Below, in pieces: positions 18,717 to 28,609 of a stretch of DNA of 64,000 nt. Source of the DNA: a bacterium UBP13_UBA5359 (GTDB lineage: Bacteria > UBP13 > UBA5359). The stretch lies in the NCBI GenBank assembly GCA_002410925.1, contig DHPR01000027.1, forward strand, positions 1 through 64,000. The letters run 5' to 3'. A program made the translations under genes and the position numbers. Within the stretch, counting starts at the first letter, position 1. Each line of letters starts with the position of its first letter. A model generated the notes under the pieces. That model ran no database searches. It was not told the origin of the DNA and worked only from the letters and a program-made list of their open reading frames with translations.

Positions 18717-19556
18717 TTATCTATACATACCAAACCTCTTGCGATATTCCGAGGCCGGCATGCCCTCCGCCCGGCGAAAAACCCGCCGGAAATAGGCTTC
18801 ATCGCTGAAGCCCAGGTCTATGGCAATTTGCCTGATGCTCTTGCCGGTGGAGAGCAGCGCGTTCCTGGCGGTAGCCAGCTTCAGGGCGTTGAAATAAGCT
18901 ACCGGGGATTGCCCGGTATACGATTTGAAGAGACGCCTCAGATGCGTGACGGAGCAGCCGGACTGACGGGCAGATTGCTGAAAGTCAAAAAAGGGCCGCC
19001 CGACGGCCGCTCTCATCTCTTCCAGGACAGCGGCTACCGGACTGTCGCCGACAGCATCCGGAACGGGAGTCGTAAGCACAGTCGCAGTTGCCGAGATTAT
19101 GGCCAGTGCCGCCATCCGAACGGGCCTGGCGCTTGTGGAATAGCCCGCGGCGGATAAAGACAGCAGTTCCGAAAAAAGATTATCCATGCCGAAACGACGG
19201 ACATTGCGAGCCGGCAGATTCCATTCCCGGACCGTTCCCCCGGCATAGAGTTGATCCATAAGGCTACCTTCAAAGAGGAGCCATTTTTCCTTCCAGCAAT
19301 TATCTCCTTCCGAGCCGTAAGAGTGCCCCTGGCCCGGCAGCAGGAAGAAGGCGTCTCCCGGACGAACATCCCGCCTGCCGGCATCCTCAGTGCGGTAGAA
19401 ACCCTTGCCGTCCGCCAGGTATACCAGTCCCCAGCACTGCAGATCTCCATCCGCCCGATTGGCACACGTGTGCCCTTTTCCCTGCCCGCCGCAGGCTATT
19501 ACCCTGAACATTCCGGCATCGTCAAGCATGGTGCACCTCACAACCATGGTGTTCAA
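18717..19556 (-). CDS. AraC family transcriptional regulator
   Basis: PGDAFFLLPGQGHSYG cupin; HLRRLFK..TG.SP..YF, SIRQIA..LGFSDEAYF.RVF; start may be ATG 19547 or 19529. Confidence 0.9.
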   Translation of the reverse strand: MNTMVVRCTMLDDAGMFRVIACGGQGKGHTCANRADGDLQCWGLVYLADGKGFYRTEDAGRRDVRPGDAFFLLPGQGHSYGSEGDNCWKEKWLLFEGSLMDQLYAGGTVREWNLPARNVRRFGMDNLFSELLSLSAAGYSTSARPVRMAALAIISATATVLTTPVPDAVGDSPVAAVLEEMRAAVGRPFFDFQQSARQSGCSVTHLRRLFKSYTGQSPVAYFNALKLATARNALLSTGKSIRQIAIDLGFSDEAYFRRVFRRAEGMPASEYRKRFGMYR

Positions 19557-19753
19557 AAAGTCCCGGTATAGCTAATAATTCCTTCTGTTATCCTCTTAAT
19601 AAGGCTGCTATAGTAAATATACAGTGTTCAAAAAGTTACTGTCAATATCCTTCAGGCTAATAGCTATAGTAAGTCTGAAGACTGAAGGCTAAAGGTTGAA
19701 GTTTAAGCGAGTTATTCGGGTATGCTGTTAATTGCGGTGTCGGGAGGAGAACT

Positions 19754-20821
19754 ATGAACCAATTGGAATTATTTCGGGCTACCATGGAGCGCAGGCAGCA
19801 CGAGGGCTGGCTCTACTACCTGGGCTTTACGCCTGATCTGGGAAAGGCTTTTCTGGAGCATACCGGTTTTCAGGATATGGAGGCAATGCGCCGGCACTTC
19901 GGTCTGTGGCAGGAGCGACTTATCCAGCCTCAGCCGATCGGAGAGCCGGATAAGCCGGACTTCTCCCGTTATTACAGCGATATCTCCATACCCGACGGGG
20001 CCTACATCGACGGCCTGGGTGTTCTTCATCTTCCCGGCAGCATGCATCACTTCACACATTATGTCAGTCCGCTACGTCACGCTTCTTCCCTGAGTGAAAT
20101 AGAGGATTTTCCCTTCCCTTCACCGAGAGAGTATGCTGGCGAAGACGGTACCGCCGCTGTGGCACAGGCACATGCGGAAGGCTTTTCCACCGTCGGCTCA
20201 ATCGGCCATATGTATGAGGATGCCTGGCAAATCCGCGGTTACGAGGAGTTCCTGATGGATATGCTGGCCGCACCCGCCATCTGCGAATATATCCTGGACA
20301 GAATCTTTGAGCGCAATATGAAAAAGGCCGTCTGGGCCGCCCGAGTCGGCGTGGACCGTCTGCTGTGCGGCGATGATGTGGCCAGCCAGCAGGCCATGAT
20401 GTTCTCCGTGGATCGTTGGCGCTATTTCATGAAATCACGCTGGCAGAAGGTCTGGGAGGCAGCCAAGGCGATCAAGCCGGATATTGGCGTCTGGTATCAC
20501 AGCGACGGCAACATCATGGAGATCATCCCGGATCTGATCGAAGCCGGAGTGGATATTCTCAACCCGGTCCAGCCGGAGTGCCTGGACGTAGCCGAGGTAA
20601 AGCGTCGATTCGGCCATCGGCTGGTGCTGGACGGCACCATCGGCACCCAGAGTGTCATGCCTTTCGGCACGCCTGACGATGTCAGGCAGACGGTAAGAGA
20701 GATGAAGCGAACGGCCGGCTATGACGGCGCTCTGATCCTCTCCCCCACGCACGTCCTGGAACCGGAAGTGCCCATCGACAATATCCTGGCCTTTTTGGAG
20801 GAGTGTGCCCAACCCTACTAG
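19754..20821 (+). CDS. Uroporphyrinogen decarboxylase (URO-D/MtaA-CmuA) family protein
   Basis: GGAGG RBS; RGYEEFLMDM, GDDVA, YHSDG, DILNPVQPEC, GTIGTQ..PFGTP, ILSPTH. Confidence 0.9.
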   Translation: MNQLELFRATMERRQHEGWLYYLGFTPDLGKAFLEHTGFQDMEAMRRHFGLWQERLIQPQPIGEPDKPDFSRYYSDISIPDGAYIDGLGVLHLPGSMHHFTHYVSPLRHASSLSEIEDFPFPSPREYAGEDGTAAVAQAHAEGFSTVGSIGHMYEDAWQIRGYEEFLMDMLAAPAICEYILDRIFERNMKKAVWAARVGVDRLLCGDDVASQQAMMFSVDRWRYFMKSRWQKVWEAAKAIKPDIGVWYHSDGNIMEIIPDLIEAGVDILNPVQPECLDVAEVKRRFGHRLVLDGTIGTQSVMPFGTPDDVRQTVREMKRTAGYDGALILSPTHVLEPEVPIDNILAFLEECAQPY

Positions 20822-20862
20822 TAGCTTGTGGCTTGCAGCTCGGCTATGCTGTAATTACGCTT

Positions 20863-21756
20863 TCAGCCGAGAGACGAATAACGAATGTCCAGTTGCGATC
20901 TGATCTCCTGTCCCGCCGGGGTGGCGGCCAAACCGCCGGCAGCGGTTTCTCGCAGGCTCTCCGGCATAGACCGGCCTATTTCCGCCATAGCGGCAAAGAC
21001 CTCGTCAACCGGCACAGCGCTGTTCATACCCGCCAGGGACATCTGGGCCGCCAGCCAGGCGTGTACGGCCAGAAAGCCGTTGCGTTTGACGCAGGGAATC
21101 TCCACCAGCCCGGCTACCGGATCGCATACCAGCCCCAACAGATTCTTCAGCGACAAAGCAGCGGCATGGCCGGATCGCTCCGGGCTGCCGCCATATATCT
21201 GCACCGCCGCAACTGCAGCCATAGCGGCTGCAGCGCCGCATTCCGCCTGGCACCCGCCGGAAGCCCCGGCTAACTCTATATGCCCGGATATCACTGCACC
21301 AATCAACCCGGCAGCAAAGAGAGCATCTACACAGCTATCCTCCCTGCAACCCGTATCCTCCTGGGCAGAAGCGATAACAGCAGGTAGAATACCGCACGCT
21401 CCGGCTGTTGGAGCAGCTACAATTCTGCCCATACAGGCATTGACACAGCTTACGGACATGGCCAGGGCTGCCAGTTTAAGCACGGGGGATCCGGCTTCAA
21501 GCGCTTCCTGCGCTCGTTGATGCATAAGGCTGCCTTCAAAGCCGACCAGTCCGCTTCGGGAAGCATGGGGCGCTTCCCGGCCGGTCTCCATCGCTTCCTG
21601 CATAACCCGCCATTGCCGACGCATCCGCTCCCTCAAGCAATCAGGATCGGTAAAGGTGAGCCGGGCTTCGCGCTCCAGCGCCAATCCTCCCAGGCTGATC
21701 CCCCTGCCGGTAGCCTCAGCTATCAGCTCGGACAGCTTCAAGCCATCTGTGTGCAA
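20863..21756 (-). CDS. sdaAA: Fe-S L-serine dehydratase alpha subunit
   Basis: NACMGRIVAAPTAGACG, GASGGCQAECG, LGLVCDPVAGLVEIPCVKRN, LRETAAGGLAAT. Confidence 0.95.
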   Translation of the reverse strand: MHTDGLKLSELIAEATGRGISLGGLALEREARLTFTDPDCLRERMRRQWRVMQEAMETGREAPHASRSGLVGFEGSLMHQRAQEALEAGSPVLKLAALAMSVSCVNACMGRIVAAPTAGACGILPAVIASAQEDTGCREDSCVDALFAAGLIGAVISGHIELAGASGGCQAECGAAAAMAAVAAVQIYGGSPERSGHAAALSLKNLLGLVCDPVAGLVEIPCVKRNGFLAVHAWLAAQMSLAGMNSAVPVDEVFAAMAEIGRSMPESLRETAAGGLAATPAGQEIRSQLDIRYSSLG

Positions 21757-22430
21757 GATATCCCTCCTCCAACTACAGCCGGCAGCAACCTGATCTCATC
21801 CAGGCCATCTATTGCCTTAAGTTCCGTTACAATTTTTGACGAAAGCATCTGGTCTGTTTCGATAACGCCTACTGCCTGCTCACCACGCATCTTTCTGGAG
21901 ACTCGCATAGTGGCGATATTTATTTCATACCGGCCGAAAATGCCGGCCATCAAGGATATCATGCCCGGTTGATCGCGATAGATGGCTATCACGGTCGGTA
22001 GATTACCCCTGAGTTCCACCTCATAACCATCCAGTTCCACGATCAGAACGTTGCCGCCGCCGATAGAGGCGCCGGTAATCACGTGATTGCCGCCTTCCCT
22101 GGTCTGGGCCGTAATTCGTGCCGTATTGGGATGCGCCCCCGGTATGCAAACTGATTTAAACGTATAAGCAAGGCCGGCCTGTTTAGCCAGTTCACCAGCC
22201 AAATGCAGATCAGGGCTGTCAATATCCAACCCCAGTAAGCCGGCCAGTAAAGCGCAATCCGTGCCGTGCCCCAGGCCTGTACCGGCAAAGGAGCCGTGCA
22301 GCTCTATCAGAGCCTGTCCGGGGATACCGCTGCACAGGGCATGCGCCATCCGGCCTATCCTGACCGCGCCGGCGGTATGAGAACTGGAAGGCCCCGTCAT
22401 TACCGGCCCTATGATGTCGAAAATATTCAT
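21738..22430 (-). CDS. sdaAB: Fe-S L-serine dehydratase beta subunit
   Basis: FDIIGPVMTGPSSSHTAGA, HGSFA.TG.GHGTD, HPNT, GASIGGG, C-terminal ACT domain. Confidence 0.95.
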   Translation of the reverse strand: MNIFDIIGPVMTGPSSSHTAGAVRIGRMAHALCSGIPGQALIELHGSFAGTGLGHGTDCALLAGLLGLDIDSPDLHLAGELAKQAGLAYTFKSVCIPGAHPNTARITAQTREGGNHVITGASIGGGNVLIVELDGYEVELRGNLPTVIAIYRDQPGMISLMAGIFGRYEINIATMRVSRKMRGEQAVGVIETDQMLSSKIVTELKAIDGLDEIRLLPAVVGGGISCTQMA

Positions 22431-22663
22431 AGTAATAAGATACCATCTATCAGAGCTCTCGCCAAGTATAAAGAGCTTACGTTGTTAATACCGGCCGACC
22501 TACCCTCGTCCATCACAGGCAGATATCTCTCCATCAGCATATAATCGGCTACACCGTTGCCGCTTCCCAAAGCGTAACCGCCGCCAGGCATGCAGCTTTT
22601 CAGGCTCTCTCGGGTTCTGGCTCCGATCTCTTTCGGGGTACGGCGGCGGCAGGCTTCAGCAGC
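22427..22663 (-). pseudogene. 3' remnant of a URO-D family gene
   Basis: Open frame reads ACRRRTPKEIGARTRESLKSCMPGGGYALGSGNGVADYMLMERYLPVMDEG.., the typical URO-D-family C-terminus; no 5' part. Confidence 0.65.
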
Positions 22664-22871
22664 CTAGATTTCTTCAACAAGCTCTTTCGCCGCTGCTACG
22701 GGATAGACCCTTTTCAACGCAGGAAAGAAGGAAATTCTTAAAGTTTTACCTGTTTATTAATTACTACAAGTGGGTAATTACCAAAGCAAGTGCTGCGCAT
22801 CAGGAGAGCAAGCTCATACTGTAGCTGAGAGCGTTAGCAATGGTAATATTCAGCAACATGTGGAGAGAAAA

Positions 22872-24221
22872 ATGGAAGAGACCCCCCCTATATTCAAGGA
22901 CAGATATGATGCCGGCCGGCGCCTGGCTCAAAGACTTATTGCTTTTAAAGGCAGCAATACTCTGATACTGGCTTTGCCGCGAGGCGGCGTTCCTGTAGGC
23001 TACGAGATAGCGCACGCGCTGGAGGCACAACTCGATATTATTGTCGCCCGTAAATTGGGTGCTCCCGGTCAGCCGGAACTGGGCATAGGAGCCATTGCTC
23101 CCGGAATCAGGATCATCAACGAAGCCCTGGTCCGCCAATTGAGAATCGAACCGCAGGAGATAGACAGGATAGCCGGCCGCGAAACGGCGGAAATGCAGCG
23201 ACGGCTGCGGCTTTATCGCGGTAACCGTCCTGCCGCGGAGATAGTCGGCAAAACCGTCATTCTGGCAGATGACGGTCTGGCTACCGGAATAACTGCCCTG
23301 GCAGCCGCCAGAGCAGTGCGGGCTGAGAAGCCTGAGCGCCTGATCCTGGCAGTGCCGGTATGCTCCGAAGAGGCAGCAGCCAGGCTGGCCGGCGAGCTCG
23401 ATGAACTGGTCTGCCTCCTGCAACCTGAGGATTTCACAGCCGTGGGACAATGGTACCTCGATTTCACCCAGACATCCGACGAAGAGGTTATGAAGCTTCT
23501 GCAGGAAGAGAACAACAATGAAACAAAGAATCCTTTTTCCCCCGGCGTACAGAAAGAGCATACAGTGACCGTGCCATCGAGCTTGGTCGAACTGGAGGGA
23601 AACCTCGTTGTTCCTGATAATGCCCGTGGCGTAGTTCTCTTTGCTCATGGCAGCGGCAGCAGCCGCTTCAGCCCGCGTAATAGATTTGTGGCCAAGGCTC
23701 TTCAAGAGGCCGGAATAGCTACGCTGCTTATCGATCTTCTCACGACAGAGGAAGAGGCTGTGGATATCTATACCCTCGAATTACGCTTTGATATTGATCT
23801 CCTGGCGGAAAGGCTCGTCGACATTATAGATTGGCTGCGGCACAAAAAACCGGAATTAAAAATAGGGCTGTTCGGAGCCAGTACCGGAGGTGCGGCAGCA
23901 TTGGTAGCCGCATCTAAACGCCCGGAAAGCGTGGTCGCCATCGTTTCCAGAGGCGGACGTCCGGATATGGCAGGAAACCGGGTATTAAGCGAGGTCAGAA
24001 GCCCCACATTACTTATAGTTGGTGGTGATGATACGGAGGTTCTGAAGCTCAACAGACAAGCCTTACGACAAATGCATACCGTTAAGGAGCTAGCTGTCGT
24101 TTCCGGCGCTACTCATCTCTTTGAAGAACCGGGAGCATTGGAAGAGGTCTCTTGGCTGGCCACGCAATGGTTTCTCAGGTATTTAATACCTCCTGCCTCT
24201 CCAGGGGCTCTTCGTGAATAA
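22872..24221 (+). CDS. Phosphoribosyltransferase fused to an alpha/beta (dienelactone-hydrolase-like) hydrolase
   Basis: FKDRYDAG, LALPRGGVPV, RKLGAPGQPE, DDGLATG; FAHGSGSSR.SPRN, GASTGG, SRGGRPD, GATHLFEE; start placed at ATG 22872. Confidence 0.9.
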   Translation: MEETPPIFKDRYDAGRRLAQRLIAFKGSNTLILALPRGGVPVGYEIAHALEAQLDIIVARKLGAPGQPELGIGAIAPGIRIINEALVRQLRIEPQEIDRIAGRETAEMQRRLRLYRGNRPAAEIVGKTVILADDGLATGITALAAARAVRAEKPERLILAVPVCSEEAAARLAGELDELVCLLQPEDFTAVGQWYLDFTQTSDEEVMKLLQEENNNETKNPFSPGVQKEHTVTVPSSLVELEGNLVVPDNARGVVLFAHGSGSSRFSPRNRFVAKALQEAGIATLLIDLLTTEEEAVDIYTLELRFDIDLLAERLVDIIDWLRHKKPELKIGLFGASTGGAAALVAASKRPESVVAIVSRGGRPDMAGNRVLSEVRSPTLLIVGGDDTEVLKLNRQALRQMHTVKELAVVSGATHLFEEPGALEEVSWLATQWFLRYLIPPASPGALRE

Positions 24222-24236
24222 CCCCTGGAGAGGCAG
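24193..24236. terminator. Perfect 15-bp stem between convergent genes (probable bidirectional terminator)
   Basis: CTGCCTCTCCAGGGG, 14-nt loop, CCCCTGGAGAGGCAG. Confidence 0.7.
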
Positions 24237-24239
24237 TTT

Positions 24240-24620
24240 CTATAGATCCGGCAAGGTGTTCTGCAGCTTTTCCAACTGAAAGTGGAAATCGATTATTTCG
24301 TCGCAGGTTATGGCCTCTGTGAGCTTAGGCATATTATTCTTCTCACCATGCGGTATCGGCATATCCACCACTAAATCATCATCGCTATTCTCCTGAAAAA
24401 GGCTTGGAAGATAACTATTCTCCAGTTGGCCAGCCTGCTGAAGTATCTCTTCAGCCACCAGATGATGTTCGCCTATCTGCCGGCAATTCTTACACTGAAA
24501 TTGAGCATTGACGAAGGTGGGTTCACCAGGCTTAAGATAGACTCTGATCTGCAAGAACTCTTTGGCGGTAATGGTGTGACCGCATTTACATCTGATGAAT
24601 ATCTCTATATTCAACACCAT
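24240..24620 (-). CDS. Small zinc-ribbon protein of unknown function
   Basis: GAGGAGG RBS; CKCG and CKNC pairs; C-terminal ITCDEIIDFHFQLE. Confidence 0.7.
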   Translation of the reverse strand: MVLNIEIFIRCKCGHTITAKEFLQIRVYLKPGEPTFVNAQFQCKNCRQIGEHHLVAEEILQQAGQLENSYLPSLFQENSDDDLVVDMPIPHGEKNNMPKLTEAITCDEIIDFHFQLEKLQNTLPDL

Positions 24621-24710
24621 CGGCCATACCTCCTCGACGCCCCTTTTTCCCCGGACGGCAATGACCGGAGCACACTTTATTTACCCACCTCCTGTTGTTA
24701 AGAAACCTGC

Positions 24711-26564
24711 TCAGAACTCCCATCTGACTTCGCCGCGTATTTCCAGGTCGGGGTCAAGGAAAGAAGCGTTACTCCGAACATTAGCCTTGTATGCAGCAGA
24801 TAGGTTTATATTTGATGATGGCTGATAGGTCAATCCCAGATCGGCATTCAGCCAATTTGTCCTTCCTTTTTCCTGTTGCAGATATGAAACACCGCCCCTG
24901 ACCTGAAGAGCCTTGCCGGAGGGGAAGATATCGGTAGCAAGAGAGAGCTCTTGCAAAGGCAGATTCATCGTACTCAGCTGTTGATCCTGCAAACGGCGCT
25001 TATAGCTTAAATTAACTCCCTTAACAGGCTGCCCGGACAGCCCCAGATAGCTTCCGCCGCCACCTGCTTGACCATCAACCCATTCCATACCGTATTGAGC
25101 TTCCAGATTACCTGCAACCTTACCTTTAACCTTAACTCCCGTCACCTTTATACTCTCCGTGCCGGTCACGCTCCGCTGGCTACGATCAACTGCTAAATTC
25201 AGACCTCTGCTCATAGTCGTCTGTAAACCGACAACCCGATCTTTGCTTATAATGTCCCGGCTGATCTCCGAAGAATTCATCCTGGCATATATGCCGACAG
25301 CTCCCGCGACTGTACTGATTTCGGCCCTTCCATCAACCAGCTTTTCACCGCCATTATAGCTACGCCGCACTCTTTCCAGCGCAGCGAAGGTATTATTTCC
25401 AGGCTGAGCCGCAACTCGTATCCATTGTTGGTTCTGTGAGAATGAGCCGCTCCGGCTGTTATTCATCTCTGCCGCCAACTGCACCCTCTGTCCCATGTTA
25501 TAATCAGCTCTGAGGCTGCTGCCGGCGGTTTCCCAGCCGCCCATCATCTCGGAACGCTGCATATTGGCCGCCAGCCGGAGCCGTTTACCTGGATTGGCGC
25601 TCAGCCACAATTCCGTCTGCTTCTGAGATGGTATACCTTCACCGCTGCTTGCTGTAACCCTTCCCAGCGCCGTTATACGTGATTTGGCCGCAAACTCAGG
25701 CGATATTTCCAGGCTGCAAGATGTGGTATTGCTCTCCATGCCGTTGAAAGACTGTCCATTATAATCGGCTTTCAAGAGAAGCTGTTTGATCGGCCTGATA
25801 TCCAGCGACAAATTAGTACTCTGGCTGCTATTGTAGGTATCTCTGGCAAAGCCTATATTGCCGGCTAAGAAAAGGCCTCTCTCCCGCATAGCCTGGCCAG
25901 TCTCAAAGCCGATACCTGCGCTGTTCTGCAAACCGATATCGCTGCCGCTCGTCCCCTGATAGCTTCCCCTGAGTATCAGATTGTCATCAGGGGCCATCCT
26001 AAACTGCATAGCAGAGGTGTCCACGTAGGCGCTGCTCTGCGGGCTATAACGAATAACGCTCCCCGCTACATAAATATCCTCCCTCCGCTGTGCCTCCGGC
26101 CGAGTTTCAAAAGTAAAGCCCTTATTGCCGGAAGAGAGCTTCTCATACCTAAGCCAGATGCTGCTATCGCCGCCGATACGCTCTCCCTCAGAGGCCGCCT
26201 CCGGCCTGGCACCGGGATTCCTGTCAACGGGATAGATAACCGGCATATTGGCAGCTACCGGAGCTATCCTTTCAATTACGTCAATAGAGAGAACCTCCAC
26301 CAGCCTCTTCTTTGCCATCGTTTTATTATTTGCTCTTGCAGACAGCAGACCGGCTACCGCTTCCTTTTCGACTTGAGCAGTCTCTTTGTTAGATTCAGTG
26401 GAATTACTCTTTGCCGTATCAGCCTGACTCATTCTCTTATAACGAAGAGGATAATCAACGGGTTCAGCAGGAGCACCAAAGCTTACCTGCCCTCCCGCAC
26501 CGATAACCGTGGCTATGGTAAAGAGATTGATAAGGACGGCGGCGAAAATTCGTCCAAGCCTCAA
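24711..26564 (-). CDS. Secreted protein, probable outer-membrane beta-barrel
   Basis: Signal peptide; many alternating amphipathic strands; terminal EVRWEF; GGAGG RBS. Confidence 0.6.
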   Translation of the reverse strand: MRLGRIFAAVLINLFTIATVIGAGGQVSFGAPAEPVDYPLRYKRMSQADTAKSNSTESNKETAQVEKEAVAGLLSARANNKTMAKKRLVEVLSIDVIERIAPVAANMPVIYPVDRNPGARPEAASEGERIGGDSSIWLRYEKLSSGNKGFTFETRPEAQRREDIYVAGSVIRYSPQSSAYVDTSAMQFRMAPDDNLILRGSYQGTSGSDIGLQNSAGIGFETGQAMRERGLFLAGNIGFARDTYNSSQSTNLSLDIRPIKQLLLKADYNGQSFNGMESNTTSCSLEISPEFAAKSRITALGRVTASSGEGIPSQKQTELWLSANPGKRLRLAANMQRSEMMGGWETAGSSLRADYNMGQRVQLAAEMNNSRSGSFSQNQQWIRVAAQPGNNTFAALERVRRSYNGGEKLVDGRAEISTVAGAVGIYARMNSSEISRDIISKDRVVGLQTTMSRGLNLAVDRSQRSVTGTESIKVTGVKVKGKVAGNLEAQYGMEWVDGQAGGGGSYLGLSGQPVKGVNLSYKRRLQDQQLSTMNLPLQELSLATDIFPSGKALQVRGGVSYLQQEKGRTNWLNADLGLTYQPSSNINLSAAYKANVRSNASFLDPDLEIRGEVRWEF

Positions 26565-26702
26565 TTAAAATCGACCTCCACTTGGTGCACATAAACTTAA
26601 CCGTGCAGCCGACTCATGCTGCAACACGGAATGTACAACATTATAGCCTAAACTTATATATAGTTGCAACCTTCTGGTAGTTATCAGAGGTAACTCATCA
26701 AT

Positions 26703-27191
26703 TCAAACCCCGGTATGCCCGAAGCCGCCGTGACCGCGGGAGGTATCTTCCAGAGAAGCCCTTTCTATAAATACGGCTCTGCTCACCGTCTGAATAATCA
26801 TCTGAGCAATTCTGTCGCCGCGCTTGACGATAAAGGGCTCATCTCCGTGGTTGATAACAATGACTTTGATCTCGCCGCGATAATCGCTGTCGATGGTACC
26901 GGGAGCGTTGAGTAAGGTAACGCCGTGCTTGACAGCCAGGCCGCTACGCGGTCTGATCTGGGCTTCATAGCCTACCGGCAGAGCTACTCTCAGCCCGGTA
27001 GGTATCAGGGCTCTGCCGCCGGGGGCTATGGATATCTTTTCCGTCACGGCGGCGTAGATATCCATGCCGGCCGCTCCGGGAGTCATATATTCCGGCAGCG
27101 GTAGTTCTCGGCCGCTCTCAGTCCTGCAGATTCCGATCTCTACGTTCTCCATGGTAACTGCCACTCTATTGCCGCTCACTATGCTGCTCAA
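26703..27191 (-). CDS. dut: dUTP diphosphatase
   Basis: [42 protein letters not shown]; alternative start at 27152. Confidence 0.97.
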   Translation of the reverse strand: MSSIVSGNRVAVTMENVEIGICRTESGRELPLPEYMTPGAAGMDIYAAVTEKISIAPGGRALIPTGLRVALPVGYEAQIRPRSGLAVKHGVTLLNAPGTIDSDYRGEIKVIVINHGDEPFIVKRGDRIAQMIIQTVSRAVFIERASLEDTSRGHGGFGHTGV

Positions 27192-27772
27192 TTCTTGATT
27201 ACCTCCCGGCTACCGGGCTTGATGACCGGCAGCCCCTGCTTACAAAAAGGGCACTCCTCGGGGGAATATTTCTCTATGCTCATCTTCAACAGGGCTTCCG
27301 TTCTGACACCGAAATCCACCTTGCCGCCACTACGGTCCACCAACAGACCCACGCCCGCCAACTCCGCATCGGATTGCCTGACCAGTTTCACAGCCTCCAT
27401 AACGGAACCACCGGTGGTGACCACATCCTCCGCCACCAGCACCCGCTCGCCGGCAGAGAGATGAAAGCCGCGGCGCAAGGTCATTTGACCATTCTCTCTT
27501 TCGCAGAAGAGAGAACGACAGCCTATAGCTCTGGCTATCTCATAAGCTACGATTATTCCGCCAACGGCCGGCCCCATTACCACATCCACCCCTTCTCCTT
27601 TAAACCGAGCTGCTATTTCATTACATAGCAGGCCTGCTTCAACCGGATATTGCAGCAGCTGAGCACACTGCATATATTGCGAACTATGGTAGCCGGAGGT
27701 CAGACGAAAATGCCCTTCCTGCAACACGCCGGTGCGATTGAATATATTAAGTATATCAGCATTTGTAAGCAT
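27188..27772 (-). CDS. pyrE: Orotate phosphoribosyltransferase
   Basis: [32 protein letters not shown]. Confidence 0.96.
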   Translation of the reverse strand: MLTNADILNIFNRTGVLQEGHFRLTSGYHSSQYMQCAQLLQYPVEAGLLCNEIAARFKGEGVDVVMGPAVGGIIVAYEIARAIGCRSLFCERENGQMTLRRGFHLSAGERVLVAEDVVTTGGSVMEAVKLVRQSDAELAGVGLLVDRSGGKVDFGVRTEALLKMSIEKYSPEECPFCKQGLPVIKPGSREVIKN

Positions 27773-27839
27773 AAACCTTCAAGCCTCCTGTTTGGATATT
27801 CGGGCCTGATCGCCCGCTCTCAGTGTCTTCATAAATACT

Positions 27840-28589
27840 TCACTCCGCTTCCTCAATCACCCTTATTGCCGCGGCCAGAGGATCTGCAGCCGCAGTTATA
27901 GGTCGCCCGATGACCAGGTAATCGGCTCCCCGCCTGATAGCCTCGGACGGAGTCATAATCCGCTTCTGATCATTAGTTGCAGCCCAGGCAGGACGCACTC
28001 CCGGAGTCACGATCAGAAAGGTTTCACCGCAACGAGCCCGAACGCTCTCTATCTCTCTGGGTGAACAGACCACCCCGTGCAAGCCACTGCCGGCGGCCAG
28101 GCCGGCCAGAGCCAAAACTTCCTGCTCCAGCCCAAGCGTTATATGCAATTCATCCCTAATAGCTTCCGGCGTATGACTGGTTAAAATTGTTACAGCCAGA
28201 ATTCGGGTGTCGCACCCTCTTACGGCATCAGCGGCAGCACGCATCATAGCCGCGCCACCCAGAGCGTGGACATTGCATAGGTCTACGCCGAAAGATGATA
28301 TCACCCGACAGACGGAAGCCACCGTATTCGGTATATCATGAAATTTTAGATCCAGAAAGATATGCTTGTTCCGGCTCTGTAACTCCTTTATTATAGCCTG
28401 CCCCAGGCTGGTATATAATTGCAATCCAATTTTATAGAAAGAGATACTATCGCCCAAACTATCCAGCAGATATCTAGCCTGGTCCAGGGTATCCACATCC
28501 AGAGCAACGATGATGCGCTCTTTTGGCAGAGAGCGCCCTGCGGGCGCAGCTGGTTGATATTTGTCGGTTGTCGGTTTCGGGGTTCCCAT
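27840..28589 (-). CDS. pyrF: Orotidine-5'-phosphate decarboxylase
   Basis: IVALD, KIG, FLDLKFHDIPNTV, VTPGVRP, DQKR, LVIGRPI. Confidence 0.97.
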   Translation of the reverse strand: MGTPKPTTDKYQPAAPAGRSLPKERIIVALDVDTLDQARYLLDSLGDSISFYKIGLQLYTSLGQAIIKELQSRNKHIFLDLKFHDIPNTVASVCRVISSFGVDLCNVHALGGAAMMRAAADAVRGCDTRILAVTILTSHTPEAIRDELHITLGLEQEVLALAGLAAGSGLHGVVCSPREIESVRARCGETFLIVTPGVRPAWAATNDQKRIMTPSEAIRRGADYLVIGRPITAAADPLAAAIRVIEEAE

Positions 28590-28609
28590 ATAAATCTCCT
28601 TCCGGTAAC

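Noticed and set aside
22440-22720. Glycine or other riboswitch / T-box upstream of sdaAB
   Set aside because: No matching consensus; better explained as a URO-D coding remnant
22800-23705. 301-aa minus-strand ORF (and similar shadows at 36600-37397, 52707-53498, 20885-21520)
   Set aside because: Lie antisense to confidently identified genes and show no domain signatures
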